64,000 bases of DNA from Dehalococcoidia bacterium (GTDB taxonomy: Bacteria > Chloroflexota > Dehalococcoidia > Lucifugimonadales > Australimonadaceae). Below the pieces are notes generated by a model, which saw nothing but the letters and a program-made list of their open reading frames with translations, was not told the origin of the DNA and made no database searches. This document shows positions 23,812-34,166 of this stretch, in pieces; the first letter of the stretch is position 1; every line of letters starts with the position of its first letter. The stretch spans positions 921-64,920 of the forward strand of contig DAOUKL010000021.1 in assembly GCA_034421335.1 (NCBI GenBank), written 5' to 3'. Made by a program: the position numbers and the translations under genes.

Positions 23812-26451
23812 CTACAGCGGCCCGAACCGCCGCACGACCAGCTTCCCCACCGAGACGCCCGCGACAAAACCGACTCCCAACCCGGCCAGGAGTATGCCCC
23901 ATTGCTCGAACCCCAGCGGGACCGTGCCGAACGCCGCGCTTCCGATGGGCGTATAGACGATGAACACCTGCATCAGAAGGCTGAAACTCACCGCCGCCCA
24001 CAGCCATCTGTTCGTGCAGAGCGGCATCCCTTCATGGACGCGTATGACCAGCAGCCGCAGGTACTCCTGAACGACGAAGCCCGTGAACGTCATCGTGCGC
24101 GCTGTTTCGAGGTCCCACAACCGCAGCCCAACGAAGAACGTGGCCAACAGGATGAGCGCTTTGACGACTCCGACGCCCCCCACCAGCGCCGCCATCGAGC
24201 GCCCGAGCACCGCGCCGTGGCGCGGCGGCTCCTGCATCGCTCCCTTGGGCGCGGGGTCCGAGGCCAGCGAGATCGCCGGCCCGGAGTCCGTGACCAGGTT
24301 GATCCACAGGATCTGCACCGCCGTGACCGGAAGGTAGCCGAACACGGTCGCCACGAGAATCACGAGCACTTCGGCCAGGTTGCCCGTGAGCATGTAGTTC
24401 ACGAACTTCTTGATGTTGCGGAATATCCGGCGGCCCTCCTCGACGGCTGAAACGATGGTCGCCAGGTTGTCGTCGAGGAGCACCATGTCGGACGTGTCGC
24501 GCGCGACATCCGTGCCCTTGATGCCCATGGCGACACCCACGTCGGCGTTGTGCAGGGCGGGGGCGTCATTCACTCCATCCCCGGTCATCAGGACGACATC
24601 GTGGTCCTCTTTGAGGGCCCGCAGAATCATCACCTTGTGACGAGGCTCCGCGCGGGCGAAGATGCTCGTATCGCCGACCGTCCGACGCAGTTCCGCTTCG
24701 TCCAGACCGTCAAGTTCCCTGGCTTCGATGGCCCGGCCTTCCAGCCCCACCTCGCCGCCTATGGCGGCCGCCGTGCGGCTGTTGTCCCCGGTGATCATCA
24801 CGACGCGGATGCCGGCGCGGCGGGCCGCCTCGATTGCGAGCGCCGCTTCGGGCCGCGGCGGGTCGCTCATCGCCCCGAAGGCGGCGAACGTCAGGCCTTC
24901 CTCCGCCATATCCTCGCCTTGCTGCGCGGCGGGAGTCTTGTAGGCGAGCGCGAGCACGCGCAGCGCCTGTCCCGCCTGCCCATAGGCTTTCTCCAGCAGT
25001 TCCATGCGGCGCTCGTCGGTCAGGGGCTCCACTCCGCCAGGCGTCCTGACGGCGACGCAGAGCGGGAGGACCGCCTCCGGCGCCCCCTTCGTCAGCATCA
25101 GGTTCCCCGCCTCGCCCGGCTGAGCAACCGCCACCGACATCATCCGCCGCTCGGAGGTGAATGGAATCTCGCCGGTACGCTCATAGCGCTCGAGCGGAGC
25201 TCCCCCGCGCTCCGCGAACTCCAGCAGGGCCGTCTCCGTCGGGTCTCCCGCGTAGCCGTGGTCGGGGCGCCGGCGCGCGTTGTTGCACAGGCCGGCAATG
25301 AGCAGCGAAATGCCCACCGGCTCCGCATGCTCGCCCCCCGCAATGTCCAGAGCCTCCAGGTCTTCCGACGCCGTCGACAGCCGCCGAACCGTCATGCGGC
25401 CTTCCGTCACCGTCCCCGTCTTGTCGGTGCAGATGACTTCCGCCGCGCCAACCACCTCGACCACGGGCAGCGAGCGCACCAGCGCTTTCCTCTCGAGCAT
25501 TCGCCGCGTCCCGAAGGCGAGCGTCAGCGTCAGCACGACCGGCAGCCCTTCCGGGACCGCCGCGACCGCAAGCGCGACCGCCGTGATAAACGTTTCGAGT
25601 AGGCTCAGGTCTCCCGTCAGCAATTGCAGGGAGGCGACGACCGCTATGAGACCCGCGACCGCCCACCCGATCCGCGACGCCAGACGTCGCACTTCTCGCT
25701 GGAACACGGTCGGCTCGTCCTCGGCCGTCTGCACCTCCGCGGCGATGCCGCCGACCTCGGTCCGCATGCCGGTCTCGGTCACCAGCAGCCGGCCCCGTCC
25801 CCGCATCACCACCGTGCCGCTGTAGACCATGCACTGCCGTTCCGCCAGCACCGCGTCCACAGCCACGGCGTCCGTCCGTTTCCGGACGGGCAAGCTCTCC
25901 CCCGTGAGCGCGGACTCGTCGACGCTCAACTCGACGCTTCCGATCAATCGTCCGTCTGCCGGCGCCCGGGAGCCCTCCTCCAGGAGCACTACGTCGCCGG
26001 GAACGAGTTCCTTAGCGTCCAACTGCTCCGGAGTCCCATCCCGCAGCACTGTCGCCGTCGGCGCCGACAGCCGCTCGAGGGCCTCGATTCCCCGGCTCGC
26101 CCGGTAGTTCTGCGTGAACCCGAGCGCGGCGTTCAGCAGCACGATGAGCGCGATGAGGAAGGCGTCGATCAGGTGCCCTGAGTCGTCCGAAACCAGCGTC
26201 ACGCCCGCCAGCAACGCGGCCGCCGCTATCAGCACCAACACCAGTGGACTGCGAAACTCGTCGAGGACCAGCTTGAGCGCCGAGACCGGCGGCGCGCCGA
26301 TCAGCTGGTTCGGCCCATACTGCACAAGGCGCGCGGCCGCCTCCCCCGAAGACAACCCCTCTGCGGACGCTGATAGCCGCTCGAGCGACCCCTCCACCGT
26401 CTCGCTATGCCAACGTCCCACGACCTCAGCGCTCTGCATACCGGAGCGCAT
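23812..26451 (-). CDS. Cation-transporting P-type ATPase (P2/Ca-Mg-type)
   Basis: It has the phosphorylation motif ICTDKTGTVTEGR, plus MITGDN and the GDGVNDAPALHNADVGVAMG hinge. The N-terminus (GLSSGEAAARLVQYGPNQL) is typical of this family. The start may be the second ATG at 26439. Confidence 0.9.
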   Translation of the reverse strand: MRSGMQSAEVVGRWHSETVEGSLERLSASAEGLSSGEAAARLVQYGPNQLIGAPPVSALKLVLDEFRSPLVLVLIAAAALLAGVTLVSDDSGHLIDAFLIALIVLLNAALGFTQNYRASRGIEALERLSAPTATVLRDGTPEQLDAKELVPGDVVLLEEGSRAPADGRLIGSVELSVDESALTGESLPVRKRTDAVAVDAVLAERQCMVYSGTVVMRGRGRLLVTETGMRTEVGGIAAEVQTAEDEPTVFQREVRRLASRIGWAVAGLIAVVASLQLLTGDLSLLETFITAVALAVAAVPEGLPVVLTLTLAFGTRRMLERKALVRSLPVVEVVGAAEVICTDKTGTVTEGRMTVRRLSTASEDLEALDIAGGEHAEPVGISLLIAGLCNNARRRPDHGYAGDPTETALLEFAERGGAPLERYERTGEIPFTSERRMMSVAVAQPGEAGNLMLTKGAPEAVLPLCVAVRTPGGVEPLTDERRMELLEKAYGQAGQALRVLALAYKTPAAQQGEDMAEEGLTFAAFGAMSDPPRPEAALAIEAARRAGIRVVMITGDNSRTAAAIGGEVGLEGRAIEARELDGLDEAELRRTVGDTSIFARAEPRHKVMILRALKEDHDVVLMTGDGVNDAPALHNADVGVAMGIKGTDVARDTSDMVLLDDNLATIVSAVEEGRRIFRNIKKFVNYMLTGNLAEVLVILVATVFGYLPVTAVQILWINLVTDSGPAISLASDPAPKGAMQEPPRHGAVLGRSMAALVGGVGVVKALILLATFFVGLRLWDLETARTMTFTGFVVQEYLRLLVIRVHEGMPLCTNRWLWAAVSFSLLMQVFIVYTPIGSAAFGTVPLGFEQWGILLAGLGVGFVAGVSVGKLVVRRFGPL

Positions 26452-26455
26452 TATA
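26450..26455 (-). promoter_or_regulatory. Perfect TATAAT hexamer overlapping the first ATG of the P-type ATPase ORF
   Basis: The minus strand reads cgaTATAATGcgctccggtATGcag. If this is a -10 box, transcription would begin a few nt before the second ATG (26439), giving a near-leaderless mRNA. I see no convincing -35 box. Confidence 0.3.
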
Positions 26456-26554
26456 TCGACAGCCGTCCCGCATCCCCTTCACAACTGTTAACGGCGCTGG
26501 TCATTTTCGCTAAGGAACGAGCCGAACTCCCTCAGAGGTCTGTCCCAAGCGCGC

Positions 26555-27493
26555 CTACAGCGGCGGGGCGGGAGACGCGGCGGCGCGTTGTTGGCGGAGG
26601 TGCGCGAAAAGGTAGGCAGTGGCGAGGCCCCTGTAGGGCTTCCACCGTTCGGCGGCGAATGCGTCGAGCTCCTGCTCGGTGAGGCGGCGGCCTCCGAAGT
26701 ACAGCTCGCCGATGGTGCGCTGTAGCGCAAGGTCGCCCGCGGGCAGCACGTCGACCCTGCCGAGGGCGCGCATCAGCACCCACTGCACCGTCCAGCGCCC
26801 GACGCCGCGGATGGCGCTGAGTTGCGCTATGACCTCCTCGTCGCTCAGCGCGTCGAGCCGTTCGTGGTCGAGCTCGCCGTCCACGGCTCGTTGCGAGATG
26901 CCGATGATGTACTCGGCCTTGCGGGCGCTGAGTTTGAGGGCGCGGAGGGCGTCGGCGCCGGCCTGCGCGATGGTCTCCGGCCGAGGAAAGGCGTGGACGA
27001 CGTGTCCGTCGGCTTCGAGGGCCGCGCCGTAGGCGGTTACGAGGCCGTCGCGTATGACACGGGCGACGGCGCCGGATATCTGCTGTCCGGCGACCGCTTG
27101 GACCATCGCCTCGTAGACCGACTCCGACCTGGTGAGCCTGAGGCCTCGCAGATGGCCGATCGCGCCGGAGAGCACGGGATCGTCCGCGAGGATGTCGTAG
27201 AAGCCGCCGAGGCCAACGTCGAAGCCGAGAAGCCGGGCGGCCTCCGCCGCTGCAGCCTCGAGGGCGCCGTCCGGCCCGCCGTTGGGGAGCGAAACGTCGA
27301 CGGCGGCCCCGTCGGGACTGGGGCGGACGGCCATCACGAGCGGCCCGCTCGGGGCCCACGCGGCGCGGTAGTAAACGCCGTCTGCGAAGAGGTCGGAGCC
27401 GGCCCGCCCACGGTAGTAGGTCTGGTGGCCGACGGTCAGGTCGAAGTCGAACGGGTCGGGGGCGGGAACCCGGATGAACGAGGGCTCAGGCAT
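26555..27493 (-). CDS. DNA-3-methyladenine glycosylase II (AlkA-like, HhH-GPD family)
   Basis: 312 aa from ATG at 27491-27493, 2 nt after the fpg stop. It has a helix-hairpin-helix plus catalytic Asp: IRGVGRWTVQWVLMRALGRVDVLPAGDLAL. Confidence 0.8.
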   Translation of the reverse strand: MPEPSFIRVPAPDPFDFDLTVGHQTYYRGRAGSDLFADGVYYRAAWAPSGPLVMAVRPSPDGAAVDVSLPNGGPDGALEAAAAEAARLLGFDVGLGGFYDILADDPVLSGAIGHLRGLRLTRSESVYEAMVQAVAGQQISGAVARVIRDGLVTAYGAALEADGHVVHAFPRPETIAQAGADALRALKLSARKAEYIIGISQRAVDGELDHERLDALSDEEVIAQLSAIRGVGRWTVQWVLMRALGRVDVLPAGDLALQRTIGELYFGGRRLTEQELDAFAAERWKPYRGLATAYLFAHLRQQRAAASPAPPL

Positions 27494-27495
27494 CG

Positions 27496-28320
27496 CTAGT
27501 TCGGCACGAGGGCGCCCGGCTGGCAGGCTCGGCACCAGCTGGTGACCTTCTGGTTGGGGCCGATTTCGGATATGTGTGCGCCGCAGCGCGGGCACGGCTC
27601 GCCGCCTTTGCGGTGCACCTTCAGGAAGTCGCGCACCTTCACGTGGATGTTCGGGGGCATGCGCTCACGCACCACGGCGGTCGCCTCGTTCAACACTTTG
27701 GGGATGGCGTCGAACAGGCGGCGGAGTTCTTCTTCCGAGAGGGACTTGCGCTTGCGGAAGGGCGAGACCCCGGCTTCCCACAGTATTTCATCAACGTAGG
27801 CATTGCCGATCCCGGACACCAGCTTGCCGCGCGCTATAACGCCCTTGATCTCGCCGGTGTACGGGCGGATGCGCTCGACGAAGTCGTCGAACGTCGCGGC
27901 GGGGTCGAGCGCGTCGGGGCCCTGCTCCTGCAGGCGCTGCACCCGGCCTATCTGGTCGGGCCGGAGGTAGTGAATCCGGCCCATCGACTTGTCATCGAGG
28001 TAGCGCAGGTCCATGTCCTCGGTGCCGAGCAGGAAGAACATGCGCTTAGAGATCCTGGTCGAGGGCTGGGTGTACTGCCAGCGCCCGGTGAGCATGAGAT
28101 TGGCGACAAGGACCCTGTCGGGCTCGATGGGAAAGAGCAGGTCCTTGCCCTTGCGGATGATGGGGCCGAATCGACGGCCCACGACGTCGTCGGTGAAGCT
28201 CTCAGCGGCCACGGAGCGGACGATCCACGGCTTGGGGGCCTCGGCGCGAACGATCTCACGCCCGGCGATGCGGTCGTTGAGGAATTCGCGAATAACTTCC
28301 AGGTCGGGTATCTCGGGCAT
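27496..28320 (-). CDS. Formamidopyrimidine/endonuclease VIII-family DNA glycosylase
   Basis: 274 aa from ATG at 28318-28320. The N-terminus MPEIPDLEV supplies the catalytic Pro2/Glu3, and the C-terminal zinc finger is CPRCGAHISEIGPNQKVTSWCRAC. The longer ORF reaching 28731 has no support. Confidence 0.85.
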   Translation of the reverse strand: MPEIPDLEVIREFLNDRIAGREIVRAEAPKPWIVRSVAAESFTDDVVGRRFGPIIRKGKDLLFPIEPDRVLVANLMLTGRWQYTQPSTRISKRMFFLLGTEDMDLRYLDDKSMGRIHYLRPDQIGRVQRLQEQGPDALDPAATFDDFVERIRPYTGEIKGVIARGKLVSGIGNAYVDEILWEAGVSPFRKRKSLSEEELRRLFDAIPKVLNEATAVVRERMPPNIHVKVRDFLKVHRKGGEPCPRCGAHISEIGPNQKVTSWCRACQPGALVPN

Positions 28321-28453
28321 GCGCTTACTCCGCTGTCCGGTTGCCGGCAGGGCCGAGGAGCGGATGGGCGCCGCCGGCGCGGGCAGTATAGCAACGGGGA
28401 ACTCCGGCGCTGGTAATGGACGGAGGAGCGCATTGGCCACTAGGCTAGGGCGC

Positions 28454-29239
28454 ATGTTCGCTCCGAAACCGAAAGGCCCGCCGCTCACTCCCATCGCCGA
28501 CGTACTCACCATGGCGCTGCTGACGTGCTTCCGCCAGCCGGTGTGGCTCATTGCGGCGGGTACGTCAGCAGCGCTGGCCGCCAATCTCATCGGCGCGCTC
28601 ATCAACCCCACCGCGCTTGTACAGCAACTGGCATGGGCCCTGTTCATTACGTCGCTGACAATCGGGTTTCTGGCGCCCACCGCCGTCCTGGTGCTGTGCG
28701 CCACGCGGCGTGAACGGCCAACCATAGGCATAGCTGTCGCCGGGCTCGCAACGTTTGGGCCGCGGTACTACTCAATTGGGCTGTTGCTTGGGCTGGGGGC
28801 GCTGCCGCTTGCGGTAGCGCCGTTCGTCGCGCCGGTGCTCATCTACGTGCTGCTGCGCTTCTCACTGGCGGGCCCCGCAGTGCTTCTGGAGAACCACGGC
28901 GTTCTGCAGGCGCTTGGACGCAGTTGGGCGCTGGTTGAGGGGCGGTGGTGGCGGACGTTCGCCCTGCAGTTGCTCTTGGGCGTCTTCGCCTTCCTGCTGC
29001 TCTACGGCGCCGGGGCTATCGGCGGCATGGCGGAGAGCACGACCATCACGCTCGTGGCGACCTCGCTCGCGCAGGGCGTGGCGGCGCCGCTCGTGGCTTC
29101 GGTCGAGATCCTCCTGTTCCTGGAGTACAGCCAGACGTCGCTGGACGCCGGCGGCGCGAAAAACAGCGCACCGGAGCCGGAGGAAGCCGATAGCCAGGAG
29201 TCTAGCGCGTTGGAGGAGAGCGAACGCTCCGGAGAGTAG
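28454..29239 (+). CDS. Hypothetical polytopic membrane protein with acidic C-terminal tail
   Basis: 261 aa from ATG at 28454. It has several hydrophobic helices and a ...LGRSWALVEGRWWRTF... segment. The tail is EPEEADSQESSALEESERSGE. The upstream part of the 28013 ORF is antisense to fpg. Confidence 0.55.
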   Translation: MFAPKPKGPPLTPIADVLTMALLTCFRQPVWLIAAGTSAALAANLIGALINPTALVQQLAWALFITSLTIGFLAPTAVLVLCATRRERPTIGIAVAGLATFGPRYYSIGLLLGLGALPLAVAPFVAPVLIYVLLRFSLAGPAVLLENHGVLQALGRSWALVEGRWWRTFALQLLLGVFAFLLLYGAGAIGGMAESTTITLVATSLAQGVAAPLVASVEILLFLEYSQTSLDAGGAKNSAPEPEEADSQESSALEESERSGE

Positions 29240-29246
29240 GAGTCCG

Positions 29247-31100
29247 CTATTCCAGGAAGTCCCGCAGCTTCCGGGAGCGGCTGGGGTGGCGGAGCTTGCG
29301 GAGAGCCTTTGCCTCAATCTGGCGAATGCGCTCACGCGTGACGCCAAAGTCGCGCCCAACCTCTTCGAGGGTGCGGCTCCGACCGTCCTCGAGGCCGAAG
29401 CGGAGCTGCAGGACCCGGCGCTCGCGCTCGCTGAGCGTGCCCAAGACGCCCTCGACCTGCTCGCGAAGGAGTTGGAACGTGGCGGCCTCGGCGGGAGCAG
29501 GGGCGCTGCGGTCTTCGATGAAATCGCCGAGGTGAGAGTCTTCCTCCTCGCCGATGGGGGTTTCGAGCGAAACGGGCTCCTGGGAGACTTTGAGGATTTC
29601 GCGAACGCGCTCGGGGGAAACCTCCATGCCCTCGGCGATCTCGGCGGTCGTGGGCTCGCGTCCGTACTCCTGGACGAGGCGGCGACTTACGCGCATGAGC
29701 TTGTTGATGGTCTCGACCATGTGAACGGGGATGCGGATCGTGCGTGCCTGATCGGCGATGGCGCGAGTGATGGCCTGTCTGATCCACCAGGTGGCGTAGG
29801 TGGAGAACTTGTAGCCCTTGCGGTAGTCGAACTTCTCAACGGCGCGGATAAGGCCGATGTTGCCCTCCTGGATGAGGTCGAGGAGCGACATGCCGCGGCC
29901 GATGTACTTCTTGGCGACGCTGACGACGAGGCGGAGGTTGGCCTCGGCGAGATGCCGCTGGGCGCGGACGCCCTCCTGTTTCACGTCGCTGAAGTGCCTG
30001 CGAAGCAGAAACTCGTTCGACTCGATGCGCTGCGCCGTGTCCGCGTCGTGGACGACCTCGTTGAGGTCGGCGAAGGCGACGTCGGCGCCGACGATGTCCC
30101 TGATGTCGTCGGGCAGGACGTGACTGCTGAGCGACAACTGTACGACGTCGGCGGTGGCCAGGCCGATAAGCGCCTTTTGCTGGTCCGGGTTGGGCTCTCC
30201 CTCGCTGTCCCAGTAGCGCATGCCGAGGGTTTCGAGCATATCGAGATTGTTCTCGCCGTCGATGTTGGCGCGGAGCTTCTCGTTGGTGAGCATCTCGCCG
30301 AGGGTCATCGTCTCTTCAATGGCGAGGAACTCGGTGATGGCCTCGAGGAACTCGCGCTGTCTGTGGAGGTCTTCGAGCAGGCGCACGGCCACGTCGGCGG
30401 CCATGACGGGTCGGTGCTCGGTCTGCTGGGAGATCCCCTTCTCGAATTTGTCGACGTGCTTGTAGGAAGCGAGCTGGAGCGCAAGGCGGCGCTCATCGGC
30501 GGCCGTGAGCAGGGTCACGCGGCCGATCTCGCGCAGATACATGCGGACCGGGTCGTCGATGAGCTCGGAGCCGTCGAGGTCGTCCTGCTGAGCATCCTCC
30601 TCGGCTTCCTTGGCCTCGTCCTCGGTTTCCTGAAGCTCCTTGTGATCGGGTTCCCGCTGCGCGTCGAGCTCTTCGGCGACGACGCCGGCAAGGGCCTCCG
30701 CCACCGTGGGCGAGGCGGGGTCGGCGTCGGCTTCCTCGGCAGAATCGGCGTCGGCGGATTGGGGCTCCTCTTCTTTGGCCGCGTCGTCGTCGCCCTCCTC
30801 GGGGTCGGTTTCGACGGCTGCGGACTCGGGCTTGGCTGGCTTGGCCGCAGCCTTCGAAGCTGCGGGGCTGGCCTTCTTTGGGGTTGCCACGGGCGCATCG
30901 CCGGTTTCCGCCACGGGCGCGTCGCCGACGGGAACCGCGCCGTTTGCGCCGACTTCGGAGGAAGCAGCCTTTGGCTTGGCGCGGGACTTCCGCGCCGGCG
31001 GTCGCTTCGGGGTTGGGGCGGCGTCGGTTGCGGTGTTGGGGAGGGCCGACTCGGGCTCGACGGCGGTTTCGACGGGATTGGTTGCTTGCTTGGTCGCCAA
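29247..31100 (-). CDS. rpoD: Primary RNA polymerase sigma factor
   Basis: Region 1.2 is [11 protein letters not shown], region 2 is [12 protein letters not shown]...[43 protein letters not shown], and region 4 is [39 protein letters not shown]. The 617-aa length comes from a ~185-aa low-complexity N-terminus and a ~170-aa insert between regions 1.2 and 2. Confidence 0.95.
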   Translation of the reverse strand: MATKQATNPVETAVEPESALPNTATDAAPTPKRPPARKSRAKPKAASSEVGANGAVPVGDAPVAETGDAPVATPKKASPAASKAAAKPAKPESAAVETDPEEGDDDAAKEEEPQSADADSAEEADADPASPTVAEALAGVVAEELDAQREPDHKELQETEDEAKEAEEDAQQDDLDGSELIDDPVRMYLREIGRVTLLTAADERRLALQLASYKHVDKFEKGISQQTEHRPVMAADVAVRLLEDLHRQREFLEAITEFLAIEETMTLGEMLTNEKLRANIDGENNLDMLETLGMRYWDSEGEPNPDQQKALIGLATADVVQLSLSSHVLPDDIRDIVGADVAFADLNEVVHDADTAQRIESNEFLLRRHFSDVKQEGVRAQRHLAEANLRLVVSVAKKYIGRGMSLLDLIQEGNIGLIRAVEKFDYRKGYKFSTYATWWIRQAITRAIADQARTIRIPVHMVETINKLMRVSRRLVQEYGREPTTAEIAEGMEVSPERVREILKVSQEPVSLETPIGEEEDSHLGDFIEDRSAPAPAEAATFQLLREQVEGVLGTLSERERRVLQLRFGLEDGRSRTLEEVGRDFGVTRERIRQIEAKALRKLRHPSRSRKLRDFLE

Positions 31101-31144
31101 GATATGACCTCTTCGTTGGCTGGCGGCCGAGCAGGGAGAGGGAT

Positions 31145-32953
31145 CTAGCTCGGGCCGCTCACGAACACGTCCTGGAGCTGCCTGTTGCGACTAACAGCCT
31201 CTAGATGTTTGGGGTCGTTCGGATCGCCATTCGCCGCGTCCTCAGCGAATATCGCGACTTCCTGCGCCTTCAACTCACGAAGGTGGCGCTCCTTGAGCCT
31301 CCGCAAGCAGGCTTGCCATTCCGCCGCGCGCTGCTGCCTGTCGGCCGGAGGTAACGCCTCCTGCGAGAGCCTGACCAAGCGGTCGGCGAGTTGGCCGTCC
31401 AGTTGCGCGAGCGCATCTTCCATTGTAGCACTGGTCTGAACGGCGCTCAAGATGGCCCGGTTCTCCGAACTCCTGAAATGCTCGGCTTCGACAGACGCGG
31501 CCTGGCTCCAGTACTCGGGATACCCGGCGAGGAGGGCGAGCACGCGGTCCTCGAGCGGGTCGCCCGCGGGGATGGCGATGTCCGGCTCGGAGGACTGTTG
31601 ACGGCGGGGACGGGCGGCTTGCTGCTGGGCGGCGTACTGCTTCGCCGCGGAATCGACAACGTCGATGGGCGCGCCGATGGCGTCGGCGACACGCTGGCTG
31701 TAGTGGGCCTGCTCGCTGAAGTCCTTTATGAGGAAGAGGGCCGGCACGAGCCGTCGCAGCGCTTCTGTGCGGCCCTCAGCAGTGGTCAGGTCAACACGCG
31801 CGGTCTCGGCGCGGATGAGAAACTCGAAGGCGGGGACGGCGTCGGCGAGCAAGCGGCGGAATTGGTCCACGTCGGCGCGGATCAGCTCGTCGGGATCTTT
31901 GCCGCCGGTGATGAGCGCGACGCGCAGGAGGTCGAGGTCGCCGGGCCGGTTGAGTATCTCAGTGCGCCGAGCGCCGGGTACAGGGTCGCCCAGCACCGGC
32001 CATGAGTTGCGGAGGCTGCGGAGCGTCGCCTCCTGGCCTGCGGCGTCGGCGTCAAGGGCGAGGATGATGCGGGATGCGCGGGCCTTGAGGAGAGTGATCT
32101 GTTCGGCCGTGAGGGCCGTGCCCATTGAGGCGACGACGTTGCGGACGCCGTGCTCGTGGGCGGCGATGACGTCCATGTACCCCTCGACGACGACGGCGAC
32201 GCCCTCGGCGCCGATAGGCTCTTTGGCGCGGTCGAGCGCGTAGAGCATGCGCCCCTTGTCGAAGACAGGAGTCTGAGGGGTGTTGATGTACTTGGGGTCG
32301 GAGCCGTCGAGGGAGCGGCCCGCGAAACCTGCGATGCGCCCGTCGACGTCGCGGAGGGGAAACATGAGGCGCCCCCGGAACATGTCGCGCGCGGGGCCGC
32401 CGTCGGGATCGCCGCCGATGGCGAGTCCGGCGCGGAAGATGAGGTCTTGGTGGAAGCCGAGGGCGGTGAGGCGGCGAAGCAACTCCTCGCCGGTGCTGGG
32501 CGCGTAGCCGATGCCGAAGCGCGCAATGGCCTCGTCGGAGAGGCTTCGCGCGGCGGCGTAGGCCCTAGCCTGGGCGCCGCGTTCGGCGATGAAGGCGTCG
32601 CGAAAGATCTGCTGGGCCGCGTCGTTGACGGCATAGAGGGGATTCTCAGCGCGCTCGGCGGCCCGGCGTTGTTCGAGTTGGACGCCAGCCCGGTCGGCAA
32701 GCAGGCGGAGCGCGGCGGAGAAGTCGAGGCCTTCGGCCTTCATGACGAAGGAGAAGACGTCGCCGCCTGTGGCGCATGCTCCGAAGCAGCGCCAAGTCTG
32801 GCGGTCGGGGAAGACCACGAAAGAGGGAGTGCGCTCCTGGTGAAAGGGGCACCGGGCATGGTAGTTCCTGCCCGTGCGTTTGAGGTCGGGCACTCGGTCG
32901 GCGACGACATCCACGATGTCGAGGCGCGCTTTGATGTCGTCGGCGGCGGTCAT
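31145..32953 (-). CDS. dnaG: DNA primase
   Basis: It has the zinc finger [25 protein letters not shown] and the Toprim motif [10 protein letters not shown]. Confidence 0.95.
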   Translation of the reverse strand: MTAADDIKARLDIVDVVADRVPDLKRTGRNYHARCPFHQERTPSFVVFPDRQTWRCFGACATGGDVFSFVMKAEGLDFSAALRLLADRAGVQLEQRRAAERAENPLYAVNDAAQQIFRDAFIAERGAQARAYAAARSLSDEAIARFGIGYAPSTGEELLRRLTALGFHQDLIFRAGLAIGGDPDGGPARDMFRGRLMFPLRDVDGRIAGFAGRSLDGSDPKYINTPQTPVFDKGRMLYALDRAKEPIGAEGVAVVVEGYMDVIAAHEHGVRNVVASMGTALTAEQITLLKARASRIILALDADAAGQEATLRSLRNSWPVLGDPVPGARRTEILNRPGDLDLLRVALITGGKDPDELIRADVDQFRRLLADAVPAFEFLIRAETARVDLTTAEGRTEALRRLVPALFLIKDFSEQAHYSQRVADAIGAPIDVVDSAAKQYAAQQQAARPRRQQSSEPDIAIPAGDPLEDRVLALLAGYPEYWSQAASVEAEHFRSSENRAILSAVQTSATMEDALAQLDGQLADRLVRLSQEALPPADRQQRAAEWQACLRRLKERHLRELKAQEVAIFAEDAANGDPNDPKHLEAVSRNRQLQDVFVSGPS

Positions 32954-33022
32954 GGCGAGTCGATTGTACGGGCGCCTCTGAAGTGGGCGCGCAAGAGGGG
33001 CGAGGCCGGGGTTTGGGGGCAG

Positions 33023-34120
33023 TTACACGCGGCCTTCAAAGACGTTGGAGACGATGCCAGGCCGCAGCTGTTCGGCAAGGGTGAGGGCGAACTGGTCGGT
33101 CATTCCGGCGATGTAGTCGATCGCCACGCAGTCCACGGGCTCGCCCGCTGCGTGGAAGCGCTCAGGAATCTCGTCCGGATGCGCGAGGAAGTGGTTGTAG
33201 AGGAACTCGACAATCGCTCGCGCGTTCTCTCCCTCCGGCCCCACGCCGGCCGGCACGTACACCGTGTCGTACATGAACTCCCGCAGCTCGGTCACCACCA
33301 GCGCCACCTCCGCGCTCATGGTCAGCCGCGGCCTCGCGCCCCCGTCGTCGGAATCGTAGCCCGCCGCGGCCCATGAGGCGGCCACCACGTCCCGCACCAT
33401 CACGTCCAGCCGCTGGGAGTGGCGCGAGCCGAGCACTTCGCGGGCTCCCACGGGCAGGTCGGACTCGTCAAGCACACCGGCCCTGATGGCGTCGCCGATG
33501 TCGTGGGCGAGGTAGGCGATGGCGTCGGAGACCCGGACGACCTGAGCCTCGAGTGTGAGGCGGTCGAGGTCGGCCCCGTTCAGGAAGTCGCCGCGCGGCT
33601 TGGAGTGGTGGAGGACCGCCTGGCGCGTCTCGTGGGTCAGATTGAGTCCGGCGCCGTCTTTTTCGAGCTTATCTATCGTTCTCAGGCTCTGTTCGTTGTG
33701 GCGGAAGCCGCCGGGGTGAAGGCGGTCGAGGACCTGCTCGCCGATGTGGCCGAACGGCGTGTGGCCGAGGTCGTGCCCGAGGGCGGCGGCCTCAACGAGG
33801 TCTTCGTTGAGGCGGAGGGCCCGCGCGATAGTCCGTGCGATCTGGGTCACCTCGAGGGTATGGGTGAGCCTGGTTACGAAGTGGTCGCCGACGGGGGCGA
33901 CGAACACCTGGGTCTTGTGCTTGAGCCTGCGGAAGGAGTTGGTGTGGATGATGCGGTCGCGGTCGCGCTGAAACTCGGTGCGGAGTTCGTCAAGGGGTTC
34001 CGGGACTTTGCGGCCCCTTGACCGGGCGCTGAGAGAAGCCCAGCGAGAGAGCCTGTCGGCCTCTCCTTGCTCCACGTACTTGCGGACGACGGCCAACCCG
34101 CTCTCGGTGGCGTACTGCAT
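33023..34120 (-). CDS. dgt: dGTP triphosphohydrolase-like HD-domain protein
   Basis: Strings are FQRDRDRIIHTNSFRRLKHKTQVF and the HD motif AAALGHDLGHTPFGH. It lies upstream of dnaG. Confidence 0.9.
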   Translation of the reverse strand: MQYATESGLAVVRKYVEQGEADRLSRWASLSARSRGRKVPEPLDELRTEFQRDRDRIIHTNSFRRLKHKTQVFVAPVGDHFVTRLTHTLEVTQIARTIARALRLNEDLVEAAALGHDLGHTPFGHIGEQVLDRLHPGGFRHNEQSLRTIDKLEKDGAGLNLTHETRQAVLHHSKPRGDFLNGADLDRLTLEAQVVRVSDAIAYLAHDIGDAIRAGVLDESDLPVGAREVLGSRHSQRLDVMVRDVVAASWAAAGYDSDDGGARPRLTMSAEVALVVTELREFMYDTVYVPAGVGPEGENARAIVEFLYNHFLAHPDEIPERFHAAGEPVDCVAIDYIAGMTDQFALTLAEQLRPGIVSNVFEGRV

Positions 34121-34166
34121 GGGAGTAGTTTAGCAGCCGGCGGCGCTTGGGCGGGGAACGAAGGAC

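Noticed and set aside
28321-28731. N-terminal extension of the fpg ORF
   Set aside because: Fpg/Nei enzymes need Pro2 as the N-terminal nucleophile. MPEIPDLEV at 28320 provides it, and the extension has no support.
28914-31148. 744-aa plus-strand ORF
   Set aside because: It is antisense to rpoD. Its first part also overlaps the better-supported membrane-protein frame at 28454-29239. It has no motifs.
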